From IMG/VR virus record IMGVR_UViG_3300020190_000004: a stretch of DNA of 64,000 bases. One strand, written 5' to 3'. Shown piece after piece: positions 29,895 to 38,976 of this stretch (position 1 is its first letter; each line of letters begins with the position of its first letter). Source of the stretch: a virus. Lineage: Duplodnaviria > Caudoviricetes. The position numbers were made by a program, and so were the translations under genes. Below the pieces are notes generated by a model that was not told the origin of the DNA, searched no databases, and saw nothing but the letters and a program-made list of their open reading frames with translations.

Positions 29895-29914
29895 GTGTTT
29901 TTGCTTTATATGGT

Positions 29915-29943
29915 TTTATATTCAATGGAGTTAAAAAGTTCTT
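29915..29943 (-). promoter_or_regulatory. Class-II promoter AAGAACT-N12-TGAATATAAA
   Basis: Recurrent bipartite motif. Confidence 0.6.
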
Positions 29944-29950
29944 AGATGGG

Positions 29951-30490
29951 TTAGAATGAGGGTGAAAAGTTATAGACTTTAATCGCATAATCATTAACAC
30001 AAGGGCGCCCGGTATTATAGCAACCAAATACAGTCTTCCAATCACCGTATCTGTTATGAAGAGTACGAAGTAATTTCATACTTGTGCGAACATTAAACTC
30101 AATGTCACTTAGTAGCATTTCACGAGTAACAGTGCGATCTTTCCAACTTTCTTTTCCAGTAGTTGGCATGATTTGCATAGGACCGACTGCTCCAGCACAA
30201 GAAACTTGATGTGGGTTATATGACCATTGGTATGGCCCTTCATAGCGAGTTTCTGCGTAAGCAACTCCAAAAGCATAGTTAATTGGAACTTCATATTCAT
30301 TCGCATACTTTTGAATGTAGTACGCCATTTGAATAGACGGAGGACTATTCTTGTCAACAACAGTAAGCGGAGGAAGATTTAGCGAGGTTTCTTTTTTCAC
30401 CTTGGTGCTATCATTGAAGTCGGCAAGCATTACGGCAGTACATAAAAAGATGACCGCCGCGGACGTTAAGATTTGAAACACAGGTTTCAT
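29951..30490 (-). CDS. Lytic transglycosylase (SLT domain) with N-terminal TM/signal segment
   Basis: AYAETRY, GAVGPMQIMP, VFGCYNTG. Confidence 0.85.
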   Translation of the reverse strand: MKPVFQILTSAAVIFLCTAVMLADFNDSTKVKKETSLNLPPLTVVDKNSPPSIQMAYYIQKYANEYEVPINYAFGVAYAETRYEGPYQWSYNPHQVSCAGAVGPMQIMPTTGKESWKDRTVTREMLLSDIEFNVRTSMKLLRTLHNRYGDWKTVFGCYNTGRPCVNDYAIKVYNFSPSF

Positions 30491-30810
30491 TATTTCCCGG
30501 CGTTAGCAGTGTACAATCTCCCGGCGTACATATTGAAAATAGCAAGACCTACTGAGTCTTGGTATGTCATATATTCACCAGTCTTGCGGTCAATGATAAG
30601 TACTTCGTTTCTTTCATTGACTGCGATAGATACATCTTTCAGCTTGATCGACGGCTGAATTTGCATTGTGGGTTTTGTAGACTCAGGAGAATTCTTGAAC
30701 TTGCCGTAGTAATAAGAACCTACGATTGCGATTGCTACTAAGGCTGAGATTGTTAAAACTCGCCCAGACTTTTGTAAGACTGTGCTTACTTTTTCGTTAA
30801 GTGTTTCCAT
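30490..30810 (-). CDS. Hypothetical single-TM protein
   Basis: VLTISALVAIAIVGSYYYG. Confidence 0.55.
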   Translation of the reverse strand: METLNEKVSTVLQKSGRVLTISALVAIAIVGSYYYGKFKNSPESTKPTMQIQPSIKLKDVSIAVNERNEVLIIDRKTGEYMTYQDSVGLAIFNMYAGRLYTANAGK

Positions 30811-30835
30811 GATGATTAAATTTACAGATTTATGA

Positions 30836-31216
30836 TTATTTACTAACTGAGTTGCGACGGATGTATCTGCCTATTTCACCGTCATTAGGCATTGATTGAA
30901 ATTCCTCAGCGGATACTATGATATCCTGAAAGTGGTTGTCTAAAATTGCTTTAAACTCAGGGTATCTCTCAAAAAGCTGTTCTTGGTTTAAGTGAGAATA
31001 AGATGTTTCTTCGTAAGAACCCCACTCGGTAAGTACATGATACATGGGTAAACCATGATCTTGCCAACCTGACTTTAAGATTTTTACTGAGAACGGTTCT
31101 TCATTAGTTGGACAGAGAGTCCAGGCAACTTGAGAAATTCCTTTCTCAAATTCGATTGTTAGTTCCCTTTCGGTAACCGTGCCATCTTGATGACTTACTT
31201 TCTCGTTTACTTTCAT
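30836..31216 (-). CDS. Hypothetical protein
   Basis: 126-aa ORF. Confidence 0.5.
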   Translation of the reverse strand: MKVNEKVSHQDGTVTERELTIEFEKGISQVAWTLCPTNEEPFSVKILKSGWQDHGLPMYHVLTEWGSYEETSYSHLNQEQLFERYPEFKAILDNHFQDIIVSAEEFQSMPNDGEIGRYIRRNSVSK

Positions 31217-31241
31217 GATTGGTTAATTTATGATTATATAC

Positions 31242-31496
31242 TTACTTGTGAAAATAGTTCTTAGCATCAACGACAAGAACATCAATGGTGTCTCCAACTT
31301 CTACGCTGGTTCTGCTTGTGAGTTTGTAACCGCAGTCAGTGGAGATTGTGTAATACTTACCATCAGGTATAAAAGAGTACTTGTCTTTAGCAGTCACCTC
31401 AGTAACTACGCAACGATGAATAACGCCTTCGGGTTGTTTTACTGAGCATGAAACTAAAGCAGCAACAGCAAAAATGGATAGAAATAGTTTTCTCAT
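31242..31496 (-). CDS. Small lipoprotein
   Basis: MRKLFLSIFAVAALVS-C lipobox. Confidence 0.65.
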   Translation of the reverse strand: MRKLFLSIFAVAALVSCSVKQPEGVIHRCVVTEVTAKDKYSFIPDGKYYTISTDCGYKLTSRTSVEVGDTIDVLVVDAKNYFHK

Positions 31497-31500
31497 ATTG

Positions 31501-31574
31501 ATTATTTAATTATGGTATAAAATTAACCAATAGTTTTGACTAATGCAAACTTTTGTTTGCAAAGTTATTAACAA
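31501..31574 (-). promoter_or_regulatory. Class-III promoter/leader block TTGTTAATAACT...TGGTTAATTTTATAC (copy 1)
   Basis: 12-nt, 15-nt and 11-nt blocks identical to those at 51064-51139. Confidence 0.6.
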
Positions 31575-31575
31575 T

Positions 31576-32175
31576 TTATCTTTTATGAAATAAAACATCA
31601 TAATAAGGACTTCCATGGCGCCAGTTAGTACCTATTGCCTCGTGTTTATATCCTAAATATGTTAACTTTTGTATGCACTCAAATGTTTTAATTCTTAAAG
31701 CAGGATCTAAAAAGTCATGGAATTCTACTGTGTATTGGTCAGGTTTCTTTAGAGTTTCATTGTCGGCTAGTATAAACATATCCCATTCAGCGCCTTCAAT
31801 ATCAACTTTAACTAAGTCTATTTTATCAAACTTATCAAAAATTTGTTTAAGAGTGTAGCCTTTAACTGTATGAGGTACTCCAGAAAAGTAATTTACTGTT
31901 GCTGAACCTCCTTGAGTTGAGTTTACATCTTCATAAAAAGTGACAGTATCAACTTCTTTACCGACAACAGCTCCTAGTACTTTTTCCGAGCGACCTTCAA
32001 TTGGCACAATAACATTAAAGTTTCTGTCAAGCGGTTCTATCATAAAAGAATAACCGTCTGGGTATTCTTTTAAAAAGTGCGCTGTGAATTCTCCCGTACA
32101 AGCACCTAAGTCAACAAGCACAGGTTTTTCTCCTAAGTCAGAATAATATGTATGTTCAAAATATCTTACCTTCAT
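31576..32175 (-). CDS. FkbM-family methyltransferase
   Basis: VDLGACTGEF, IEP, LVKVDIEGAE; likely start 32175. Confidence 0.85.
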   Translation of the reverse strand: MKVRYFEHTYYSDLGEKPVLVDLGACTGEFTAHFLKEYPDGYSFMIEPLDRNFNVIVPIEGRSEKVLGAVVGKEVDTVTFYEDVNSTQGGSATVNYFSGVPHTVKGYTLKQIFDKFDKIDLVKVDIEGAEWDMFILADNETLKKPDQYTVEFHDFLDPALRIKTFECIQKLTYLGYKHEAIGTNWRHGSPYYDVLFHKR

Positions 32176-33830
32176 GACCATAGATTTAGTGCATCTGCCC
32201 AAGTACCTTTGTAAACTTTGCAGATTTCTGGGTTTCTTAAATATGCAACTGTTAAAAATGATTGATCTTGGTCCATTAAATTCTGGCTTAAAGATTCTTC
32301 AATCAGTTCAGTATAAGATTTTTCAAACTGTAAGATAGCATCGCGGTGACCCATCCATGAAGTTCCAATTATTCTAACGTTATGTCCTTTGTAAAAGCTC
32401 TCAAGATTTAAGTCAGATTCTTTAGGTTCTTCAACACATATAAAGTGCATTTTATCGTTTGTAAAGCGATTCTTTTTCTTTGGGAATTTAGTACCTATTA
32501 AATCATATCTCTGATTCATATGATATACTCCAGCATCAAGCCACATATAGTGCTCAGTGTCAAAGTAATTCTTTTCTATTGCACGTTTTACAAACTGAAT
32601 CTTTTCATGCATCAAGATGTTATATTCTGGTACGCATATTTGCGGATGATTCGGAACTGTTTGATCTTTCAAAAATTCTTCTGACTTCATAACTTCTCGG
32701 ATTCTTTTACCGTATGTACGCTCAATGTAAAAGTCCTCAACTTTCATTGGTATAATTTGAGTTAGAGTTTCTTTACCAACTCTCATCATCTCAATAAACT
32801 CAACGTCTTCCGGGTCAACATATATGACCATTGGAGTAGCATAAGACAGTATGTTTTTCATCCATTCTTTGTATTGTTCAAACGGTCTCTCGAACCCTTT
32901 CCAATTGCTTCTCTTTAGATCATACAATGCTGTAACAACTGTTACATCTTTTTCTCGCCCAACAAGCTTTTCTTTCCAGGGTTGGAATCTGTCGTACTGA
33001 TGAACGATTGGATATACTTCTCCGTTAGCTGTACATACAAGATTCGTTGAATCCATGTAAGGAAGATCAACAAGCATGTTTTCTACGTAAGAGCCTTTAC
33101 GGATTCTTTCATATGAGTTGTAAGGAGTTCTAGGTTCTGTGGACCAATCAGGCACATTCATAGGAAGCGCTATCATAGTCCCGCAATTTAACACCCATGG
33201 AGAATCTGCAGGAACGATCTTAGTTACTTTATTGTAAATGAAACGAATAGCAACATTATAAAAGTGTTGGTCAACAAAACCTCCAGGTTCAGCAGAATAC
33301 CAGGATAGCTCAAGAATAGTTTCGAAGAGGGATAGAAGACCTTTCTTTGTTCCAGCAATAATACCCGAACATAAAGTTTCAGTATCAGCAAGTTTATCGT
33401 AAACCTCTTTACCGTATTGTTTTTGCATGCCATCGCCGTTCCAATCTTCGTGTCTGTATGTAACGCCTTCTGCGGTTGCCATGATTTCATAATGTTCTAT
33501 GTTTTCTCTTAACCACTTATCAGGGTTTTCTTGAAAGATAACATCACGTATGTCGGTGTGAATAACAAGATCCACGTCATTGCATAGCTCACTTTTTAGT
33601 ATATGATCGTAGTCTTCAAACCTTTGTGTTGCTACATTATACAAACCTCTAAAATTTGTTTGTAAAACATAGAAATCATTTTCTTTAAAGTATTCCATTA
33701 ATTCTATGTTGTTGTCATATACAACAACAAACACTTTTCCGTTAAAGCCAGATTTCTTTAGACTTTCTACCCAAGGTTTAACGTCTTCAGGGCAATATCC
33801 TCCAGCCGCTGCTAATATAGCTGTCTTCAT
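32172..33830 (-). CDS. Two-domain glycosyltransferase: GT-A-like N-terminus plus HtrL/YibB (WlaTC)-like C-terminus
   Basis: HTDIRDVIFQENP; VTVVTALYDLKR...YMWLDAG...DQDQSFLTVAY. Confidence 0.65.
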   Translation of the reverse strand: MKTAILAAAGGYCPEDVKPWVESLKKSGFNGKVFVVVYDNNIELMEYFKENDFYVLQTNFRGLYNVATQRFEDYDHILKSELCNDVDLVIHTDIRDVIFQENPDKWLRENIEHYEIMATAEGVTYRHEDWNGDGMQKQYGKEVYDKLADTETLCSGIIAGTKKGLLSLFETILELSWYSAEPGGFVDQHFYNVAIRFIYNKVTKIVPADSPWVLNCGTMIALPMNVPDWSTEPRTPYNSYERIRKGSYVENMLVDLPYMDSTNLVCTANGEVYPIVHQYDRFQPWKEKLVGREKDVTVVTALYDLKRSNWKGFERPFEQYKEWMKNILSYATPMVIYVDPEDVEFIEMMRVGKETLTQIIPMKVEDFYIERTYGKRIREVMKSEEFLKDQTVPNHPQICVPEYNILMHEKIQFVKRAIEKNYFDTEHYMWLDAGVYHMNQRYDLIGTKFPKKKNRFTNDKMHFICVEEPKESDLNLESFYKGHNVRIIGTSWMGHRDAILQFEKSYTELIEESLSQNLMDQDQSFLTVAYLRNPEICKVYKGTWADALNLWS

Positions 33831-35014
33831 ATGTTAAGTGATAATTGTTTGTTATGTAATGTTTCTTTTACTTCTGCTTTCTTTTGCTCTATGAACTTAA
33901 AAAGATTTTCAGTTGAGAAGTTTCCCAATTCTTTTTCCGCGAACCAGATGTTCTTTGCAATACGTGTTTTGTGTGCTTTACCGTATTCGCTTTCTAGTAG
34001 TTTTTCATTTGCTTTTATAGATTCTTCAAAGTGTCTAGTCCAAAAACAAGAAACTGCAAATTCATCTATAGAAGCGCCTTCGTACAGGGAAGAAGTAATA
34101 AATAGCAAGTCTTTATAAGGGTAGTCCATAGTTGCGCAAGACTTAAAAATTTGATAAGCTTGTTCCCATTTTTTGGAATCTTTATAGATTACACCTAATT
34201 GGAAAATTGGTTCACATCTCCAAGGACGTAACATCCAAGCTCTTAGTAAAACTTCTTGTATTTCATCAAGTTTATATTTACCAGGAAACCTACACATGCA
34301 CCATCCAACCATGTAAAGAGCAAACCAAGATTCTTCGTCCCAATTACTCTTCTCGTGACACTGCTGATACCAATGAATTGCCTTTTCCCAGTTTTCTGTA
34401 TCTCTATAAGATTGCGCTAAATAGAACATATAGCGAGGATTGTTTGGTTCATCAATCAGCCCTTGCTCAAGGAGACGAATATCTCTCTCGAACTTATCAC
34501 CCTTCGAACCGCCATCACTCACATCGTTAAATAAAATCGAAAGTAGTCTTGCTCGTGTTTTAAGACCGTCAGCAGGTGAATAGTATTCGTGCGTAACACC
34601 AATACATTTCCAATTTCTTTTGGCATTTAAGATTCTAAAGTTATCATAACGAACACCATGATTGTCTTGTATGACATCATATCCGTCTATGTTAATGTCT
34701 AGTTCATCTTTGCTAAAACCATTATCGATTAAGACCATGTCAGCATCAGTTAATAAGATCCAATCTCCCATAGAAGAAGCAAATTCTAATGCTTCATTAC
34801 GGTTGTGACCAAAATTAACCCACGGTCTTTCGATAAGTTTACCGGGTTTATCTTTTAGGAAGTTCTTAATGATTTCCTGCGTGCCATCCGTAGACCCAGT
34901 ATCGACTATGCACCAAGAGTCGATTAAGTGATACACGCTTTTTAAACATCTCTCTATGATCTTGCTTTCATTCTTTACGATCATATTGAGAACGATGGAG
35001 TTCTTTTCTGCCAT
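33827..35014 (-). CDS. GT2 glycosyltransferase with TPR repeats
   Basis: LNMIVKNESKIIERCL, IVDTGSTDGT, WVNFGHNRN, LTDAD; PNNPRYMFYLAQSY. Confidence 0.85.
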   Translation of the reverse strand: MAEKNSIVLNMIVKNESKIIERCLKSVYHLIDSWCIVDTGSTDGTQEIIKNFLKDKPGKLIERPWVNFGHNRNEALEFASSMGDWILLTDADMVLIDNGFSKDELDINIDGYDVIQDNHGVRYDNFRILNAKRNWKCIGVTHEYYSPADGLKTRARLLSILFNDVSDGGSKGDKFERDIRLLEQGLIDEPNNPRYMFYLAQSYRDTENWEKAIHWYQQCHEKSNWDEESWFALYMVGWCMCRFPGKYKLDEIQEVLLRAWMLRPWRCEPIFQLGVIYKDSKKWEQAYQIFKSCATMDYPYKDLLFITSSLYEGASIDEFAVSCFWTRHFEESIKANEKLLESEYGKAHKTRIAKNIWFAEKELGNFSTENLFKFIEQKKAEVKETLHNKQLSLNI

Positions 35015-35028
35015 GATTTGTGATTTGA

Positions 35029-35373
35029 TTATTTATCTGCCTTCGCGATAAGAGTAGATTTCTTGCGTGGAGCTCTTTTCTTCGGAGCTGGTTTTGAAGT
35101 GCTTTCAACTTGTTCATCAGATGCGATTGATTCTCTTCTCACTGGCTTTTCTTCAGTAAGAGTAGATTTAAGTGTAGAAGCAAATCCGGTAAATGATGTA
35201 GTAGATTTCTTTACTTTAGGAGTATAAAGAGCATTACTTACAGAAGAAGCAGTGTCTTTGTCCATTTCTAGTGTTAGGCTACCTGCGATGAATGCTTTCA
35301 AAAAGCTTAATCTTGAGTGTTTAACATTTACTTTGTAGCCACTTGTGTTTTTTTCGATTGTGAATTGATTCAT
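35029..35373 (-). CDS. Hypothetical protein with basic C-terminal tail
   Basis: KPAPKKRAPRKK. Confidence 0.55.
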   Translation of the reverse strand: MNQFTIEKNTSGYKVNVKHSRLSFLKAFIAGSLTLEMDKDTASSVSNALYTPKVKKSTTSFTGFASTLKSTLTEEKPVRRESIASDEQVESTSKPAPKKRAPRKKSTLIAKADK

Positions 35374-35375
35374 AA

Positions 35376-35624
35376 TTAAATTGTTGTTTTAAGGTTATTA
35401 AATTCTTGTTCTGTTAGCCATTCGTATGTGCCTGAGCTGTTAGGCATCGCTAACTTTAACATGTTGTCTTTAAACTTTCCGATGGCAGATAGACCACAGC
35501 CTTCACATAGGACAGGCGCATATGATCCTTCGGTTAGTTTATTAAAGACCTCTTGTATGTTGATGTCGGGCAGAACTCCTTCGCCCCACATCCGCGGTGT
35601 GCATCTTGTACAAAAATCAGCCAT
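35376..35624 (-). CDS. Small CxxC...CxxC zinc-ribbon-like protein
   Basis: FCTRC...LCEGCG. Confidence 0.55.
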   Translation of the reverse strand: MADFCTRCTPRMWGEGVLPDINIQEVFNKLTEGSYAPVLCEGCGLSAIGKFKDNMLKLAMPNSSGTYEWLTEQEFNNLKTTI

Positions 35625-35913
35625 TATTGATTGTGTTATTAGTGTATTCTTTTATCAGGTCGGTTTCATCTGTTTCTACTTTCCAACCTCTAGATATTGC
35701 GTGTCTTACCCACCCTGCGACATCTTTTCTAATCACTATGGAACAGTGGGTAAACTCATTTTTCTTCTTAGCTTTAGTCATTACATAAAAGAACCAGTTG
35801 TCTTCAGGATCTTCATAGTACTCAGTCAAGTGAGGAGACCTATACTTGCTTAAGACTATAACAGGTTTACTGGCCTTTAAGTGACAATACTTTTCATCAA
35901 CCGTAATACTCAT
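35617..35913 (-). CDS. Hypothetical protein
   Basis: 98-aa ORF, operon packing. Confidence 0.5.
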   Translation of the reverse strand: MSITVDEKYCHLKASKPVIVLSKYRSPHLTEYYEDPEDNWFFYVMTKAKKKNEFTHCSIVIRKDVAGWVRHAISRGWKVETDETDLIKEYTNNTINNG

Positions 35914-36268
35914 AGTGAAAGTTTTTTATGTAATTATTCATCTTTTCCCACCCTTTAACATTTTTCCTGTGTATATCAAAATTAGGGAAAGATTGTTTAA
36001 GATCAACGGCGTATGCAACTAACCATACCGCGGCATCATAGCTAGTTTTTTCTTTATCAATTTCATCTAAAAGATCATAACCGAATGACATAAAGTCAAG
36101 AACTCCTCCCTCAACGTGCCTCTTGGTGACTGTGTTAACGAAATCTTTATATGACCTTGCGACTATCCAGTCTTCTTCTTTGTACTTATTTGCGTACTTG
36201 GAATCAGACATTTGTTGAACCACATCTTCAGGGTTCAATACACTATCAAGAAAGATTTTATACTTCAT
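35897..36268 (-). CDS. Cyclic-phosphate-processing receiver-like domain, degenerate
   Basis: IFLDSVLNP, WIVARSYKDFV, SFGYDL, SYDAAVWL pattern. Confidence 0.55.
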   Translation of the reverse strand: MKYKIFLDSVLNPEDVVQQMSDSKYANKYKEEDWIVARSYKDFVNTVTKRHVEGGVLDFMSFGYDLLDEIDKEKTSYDAAVWLVAYAVDLKQSFPNFDIHRKNVKGWEKMNNYIKNFHYEYYG

Positions 36269-36476
36269 GCTGCGAATAGATTATGTAGTGATTAAAGTTA
36301 TCTATGATCTGATAAAAATTATCATGCGCAACAGAAATAGTTACCCAAGTTCCTTGGTGTTGATTTACAACTCTTACTCTATCAACAAGCCACGCTTCGG
36401 GTATTTCATTTGGGTTAGCCAGCCAATCTGACAACTTCTTTAAAGCGTCTGGGTGTACTTGTATAAAGTATTTCAT
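36258..36476 (-). CDS. Hypothetical protein
   Basis: 72-aa ORF. Confidence 0.5.
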   Translation of the reverse strand: MKYFIQVHPDALKKLSDWLANPNEIPEAWLVDRVRVVNQHQGTWVTISVAHDNFYQIIDNFNHYIIYSQHEV

Positions 36477-36904
36477 ATCACGATTTCTTTTTCCTTTATA
36501 TAAGATACTACACCAATCTCACCATGAAGTTTTTGCAGTGTAGTCATTACCAGTGTATTATATTCACTCGGGTAATTTAGTTCTTTGCTTTGTGAAGACT
36601 TACGATAAACCGGGGTAACCTCTGCTTCGTTTTTCATAGAACTAATAGCAACTATTTTAAAGATTGAAATAGCAACGCCATGCTGATCTTCAAATGACTT
36701 ACAGATAAAGTCACCTTCACTGATTGGAACAAGTGCTTGCTTTTCACGTGTTTCGTTTAAGAATACAGCAGGTTTAGGTTTTCCTTTAGCGTCAAGTATG
36801 ACGGTAGATCTGCTAAGTTCAGAGAAATTCATTAAGCTTTCCCACAGGCAAGGTATTCCAGTTCGGGTTCTTGCGATTTTAATTGTCTTGTTTGTAATTT
36901 CCAT
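36473..36904 (-). CDS. Hypothetical protein
   Basis: 143-aa ORF. Confidence 0.5.
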   Translation of the reverse strand: MEITNKTIKIARTRTGIPCLWESLMNFSELSRSTVILDAKGKPKPAVFLNETREKQALVPISEGDFICKSFEDQHGVAISIFKIVAISSMKNEAEVTPVYRKSSQSKELNYPSEYNTLVMTTLQKLHGEIGVVSYIKEKEIVI

Positions 36905-36905
36905 T

Positions 36906-37802
36906 TTATTGTATGTAAAAATACTGTGATAGTAATTCTCGTGATTCTTCTTGTGTTATGGTTTCTTGTTTGGTTAATTCAGTAAGGCTTTCCATGAATC
37001 TGATGCCTTCAACGGTAGGTAACATATTACCGTTTTTAAGGAAGAACAAAGGTGATCTAAGGTGAAACCAGAGCGGCGATTTTTCATCTTCTTGAACTAT
37101 TTTATCAGCAAGTTCAAAATGTCTTTCATAATAATGAATGTTATCTGCACAATGATAATAAGTACCTAGTTCCAAATCTTTGTATGTATCTTTTAACCAG
37201 TACCACATACTTTGCTGCACGAATGAAAAGAACGGAGCATCATAGGTAAGGCCAAAGAATATATCGTTACTGCGCATTTGAACTTTCATGTTAAGTTTGT
37301 TGTCGCGGATCCAAAAGTTTAAGTACATAGTGCAAACAAAATCTTTGTTGCCCTCATACTGAAATTTAGGTTGATTTAAGAAGCATACAGCTTGACGGGT
37401 ATTCTTGTCTTTTTTCAAAGAGTCAAGCGCCCACTGTAACTGATCACCAAACAAGAGGTTTCCGTAGTTGGAATTTATATGACCACCTTCATCAGCGATG
37501 TTTTTCCAAAAGGAGGAAAAGTTATTGATAAAATCAATGTTGCGATCCTTTAGAAGATACCAGCCAAGTTCACCCATAAAATACTTGTAGTTAAAAGGGC
37601 GATCCTCAAAGTCCATGAGGGAAAAATGAGGGTCTAATCTTAGCATTTCAAGTTCAAGCTCACGAACTTTTTGTCCGCGAGGCGCTGATTCTGTACCAAA
37701 AGAATTTATTCGGCAAATAAGTTCTTTTACAACGTTAGAGATTGATAGTTCTGTTGACGAGGTTAAAGATGCTTTCCGCATCAATGTAGTTGTCTCCTTC
37801 AT
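36906..37802 (-). CDS. Thymidylate-synthase-superfamily enzyme with dCMP-type specificity (dCMP hydroxymethylase/hydroxylase-like)
   Basis: MRSNDIFFGLTYDAPFF (Asp at the ThyA Asn177 position, as in T4 gp42), FVCTMY, NIHYYERHF. Confidence 0.75.
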   Translation of the reverse strand: MKETTTLMRKASLTSSTELSISNVVKELICRINSFGTESAPRGQKVRELELEMLRLDPHFSLMDFEDRPFNYKYFMGELGWYLLKDRNIDFINNFSSFWKNIADEGGHINSNYGNLLFGDQLQWALDSLKKDKNTRQAVCFLNQPKFQYEGNKDFVCTMYLNFWIRDNKLNMKVQMRSNDIFFGLTYDAPFFSFVQQSMWYWLKDTYKDLELGTYYHCADNIHYYERHFELADKIVQEDEKSPLWFHLRSPLFFLKNGNMLPTVEGIRFMESLTELTKQETITQEESRELLSQYFYIQ

Positions 37803-38289
37803 TAATTTTGATTTTGATTTTGTTAATTATGTTTGAGTTGTTAAATGCTTCCTGAAACTTAAAAATTTCTTTTTTCTTATCTTCTAAACGATTAGAGTAA
37901 GATTCTCCATCATCATTTTTGACAATAAATTCTGGGTCACCTTCAAGAAGAACTAGTGTGATGTTATCATCATCAGATAAAAATTTGTTTTCTAATTCTG
38001 GAATCCACCCGTCTGGATGAGAATCCCGATAAATTGTACCGTATACATATTCACCGATGTGTGAACGATTCCAAATAAGTAATTCTAAATCTTTGAGACT
38101 CTGTTTGAATTTGTAATCTTTCATGTAAAAGCCAAACGAAATTTTCTGATACTCAGTTTTTTCTTCGTTGGTATCACCATAAGGATAGCCCCAATGAACT
38201 TTTTGAGAGTTAGGGTATTTTTCTTGTAAGGCTTTAACAAGGGTGTCTTTACCAGTTCTGTCAGTACCTTCTATAATAACTAATTTCAT
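37735..38289 (-). CDS. dNMP/thymidylate kinase-like P-loop kinase
   Basis: LVIIEGTDRTGKDT; WNRSHIGEYVYG. Confidence 0.8.
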   Translation of the reverse strand: MKLVIIEGTDRTGKDTLVKALQEKYPNSQKVHWGYPYGDTNEEKTEYQKISFGFYMKDYKFKQSLKDLELLIWNRSHIGEYVYGTIYRDSHPDGWIPELENKFLSDDDNITLVLLEGDPEFIVKNDDGESYSNRLEDKKKEIFKFQEAFNNSNIINKIKIKINEGDNYIDAESIFNLVNRTINL

Positions 38290-38294
38290 ATAAG

Positions 38295-38324
38295 TTTATA
38301 TTCAGAATAAGTGAATAAGTTTTT
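38295..38324 (-). promoter_or_regulatory. Class-II promoter AAAAACT-N13-TGAATATAAA
   Basis: Recurrent bipartite motif. Confidence 0.55.
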
Positions 38325-38976
38325 ACCAAAGGTCAAGTGTTGTTATCAAGATGTTATGATCTGAATAGCTTGATGGTTCTACAGTTTGACTTAAAATCTT
38401 TAAGGATTTCTTGGGAATAAATGTATAATCTAACACCTCTCCTGCATCCCACGTATCTTCTTCGTTTATGTACGTATACTTCTCTTTAAGATTTAGCAAT
38501 ATCTCGTCGTTTGCGTTAAGATTAAAGTCACCACACAATATACAGTCAGAAAAATCGTAGTTTTTGTGAAAGTTTTTCCAGTAAGTAACTTTATGAACTC
38601 TTGGTGCATGTAAGTTTACAAAATCAAACACCGAGTTTTTTACCCGAAATCTTATCATTTGCGCTGAGTTGTTTTCTTTAACGTTAGCTATTTTTAAGTG
38701 AGTTACTCCTTCAGTTTTTAGTCTGGAAAAAGTTGCTAAACCAAATAGTCCTCCGTCGGTTTCACAAAGTTGGGTAAATGTACTCGGCGTGCCTAAAACT
38801 TTTTCCAATGCCTTTACCTGGTTTACTTCACCTGATCTTTCTGTAAATATGTCAATTTCCTGGACTGCATATATGTCAGCGTTTAAAGATTTTAGTTTCT
38901 TGCCTATTCTATCTATATCCACAAGGCCATCATTCCCTAATGCATGTCTTATATTCCAAGTAACAATTTTTATCAT
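38323..38976 (-). CDS. Endonuclease/exonuclease/phosphatase (EEP) family protein
   Basis: VTWNI, AVQE, ILCGDFN, LDY, SDH. Confidence 0.9.
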   Translation of the reverse strand: MIKIVTWNIRHALGNDGLVDIDRIGKKLKSLNADIYAVQEIDIFTERSGEVNQVKALEKVLGTPSTFTQLCETDGGLFGLATFSRLKTEGVTHLKIANVKENNSAQMIRFRVKNSVFDFVNLHAPRVHKVTYWKNFHKNYDFSDCILCGDFNLNANDEILLNLKEKYTYINEEDTWDAGEVLDYTFIPKKSLKILSQTVEPSSYSDHNILITTLDLW

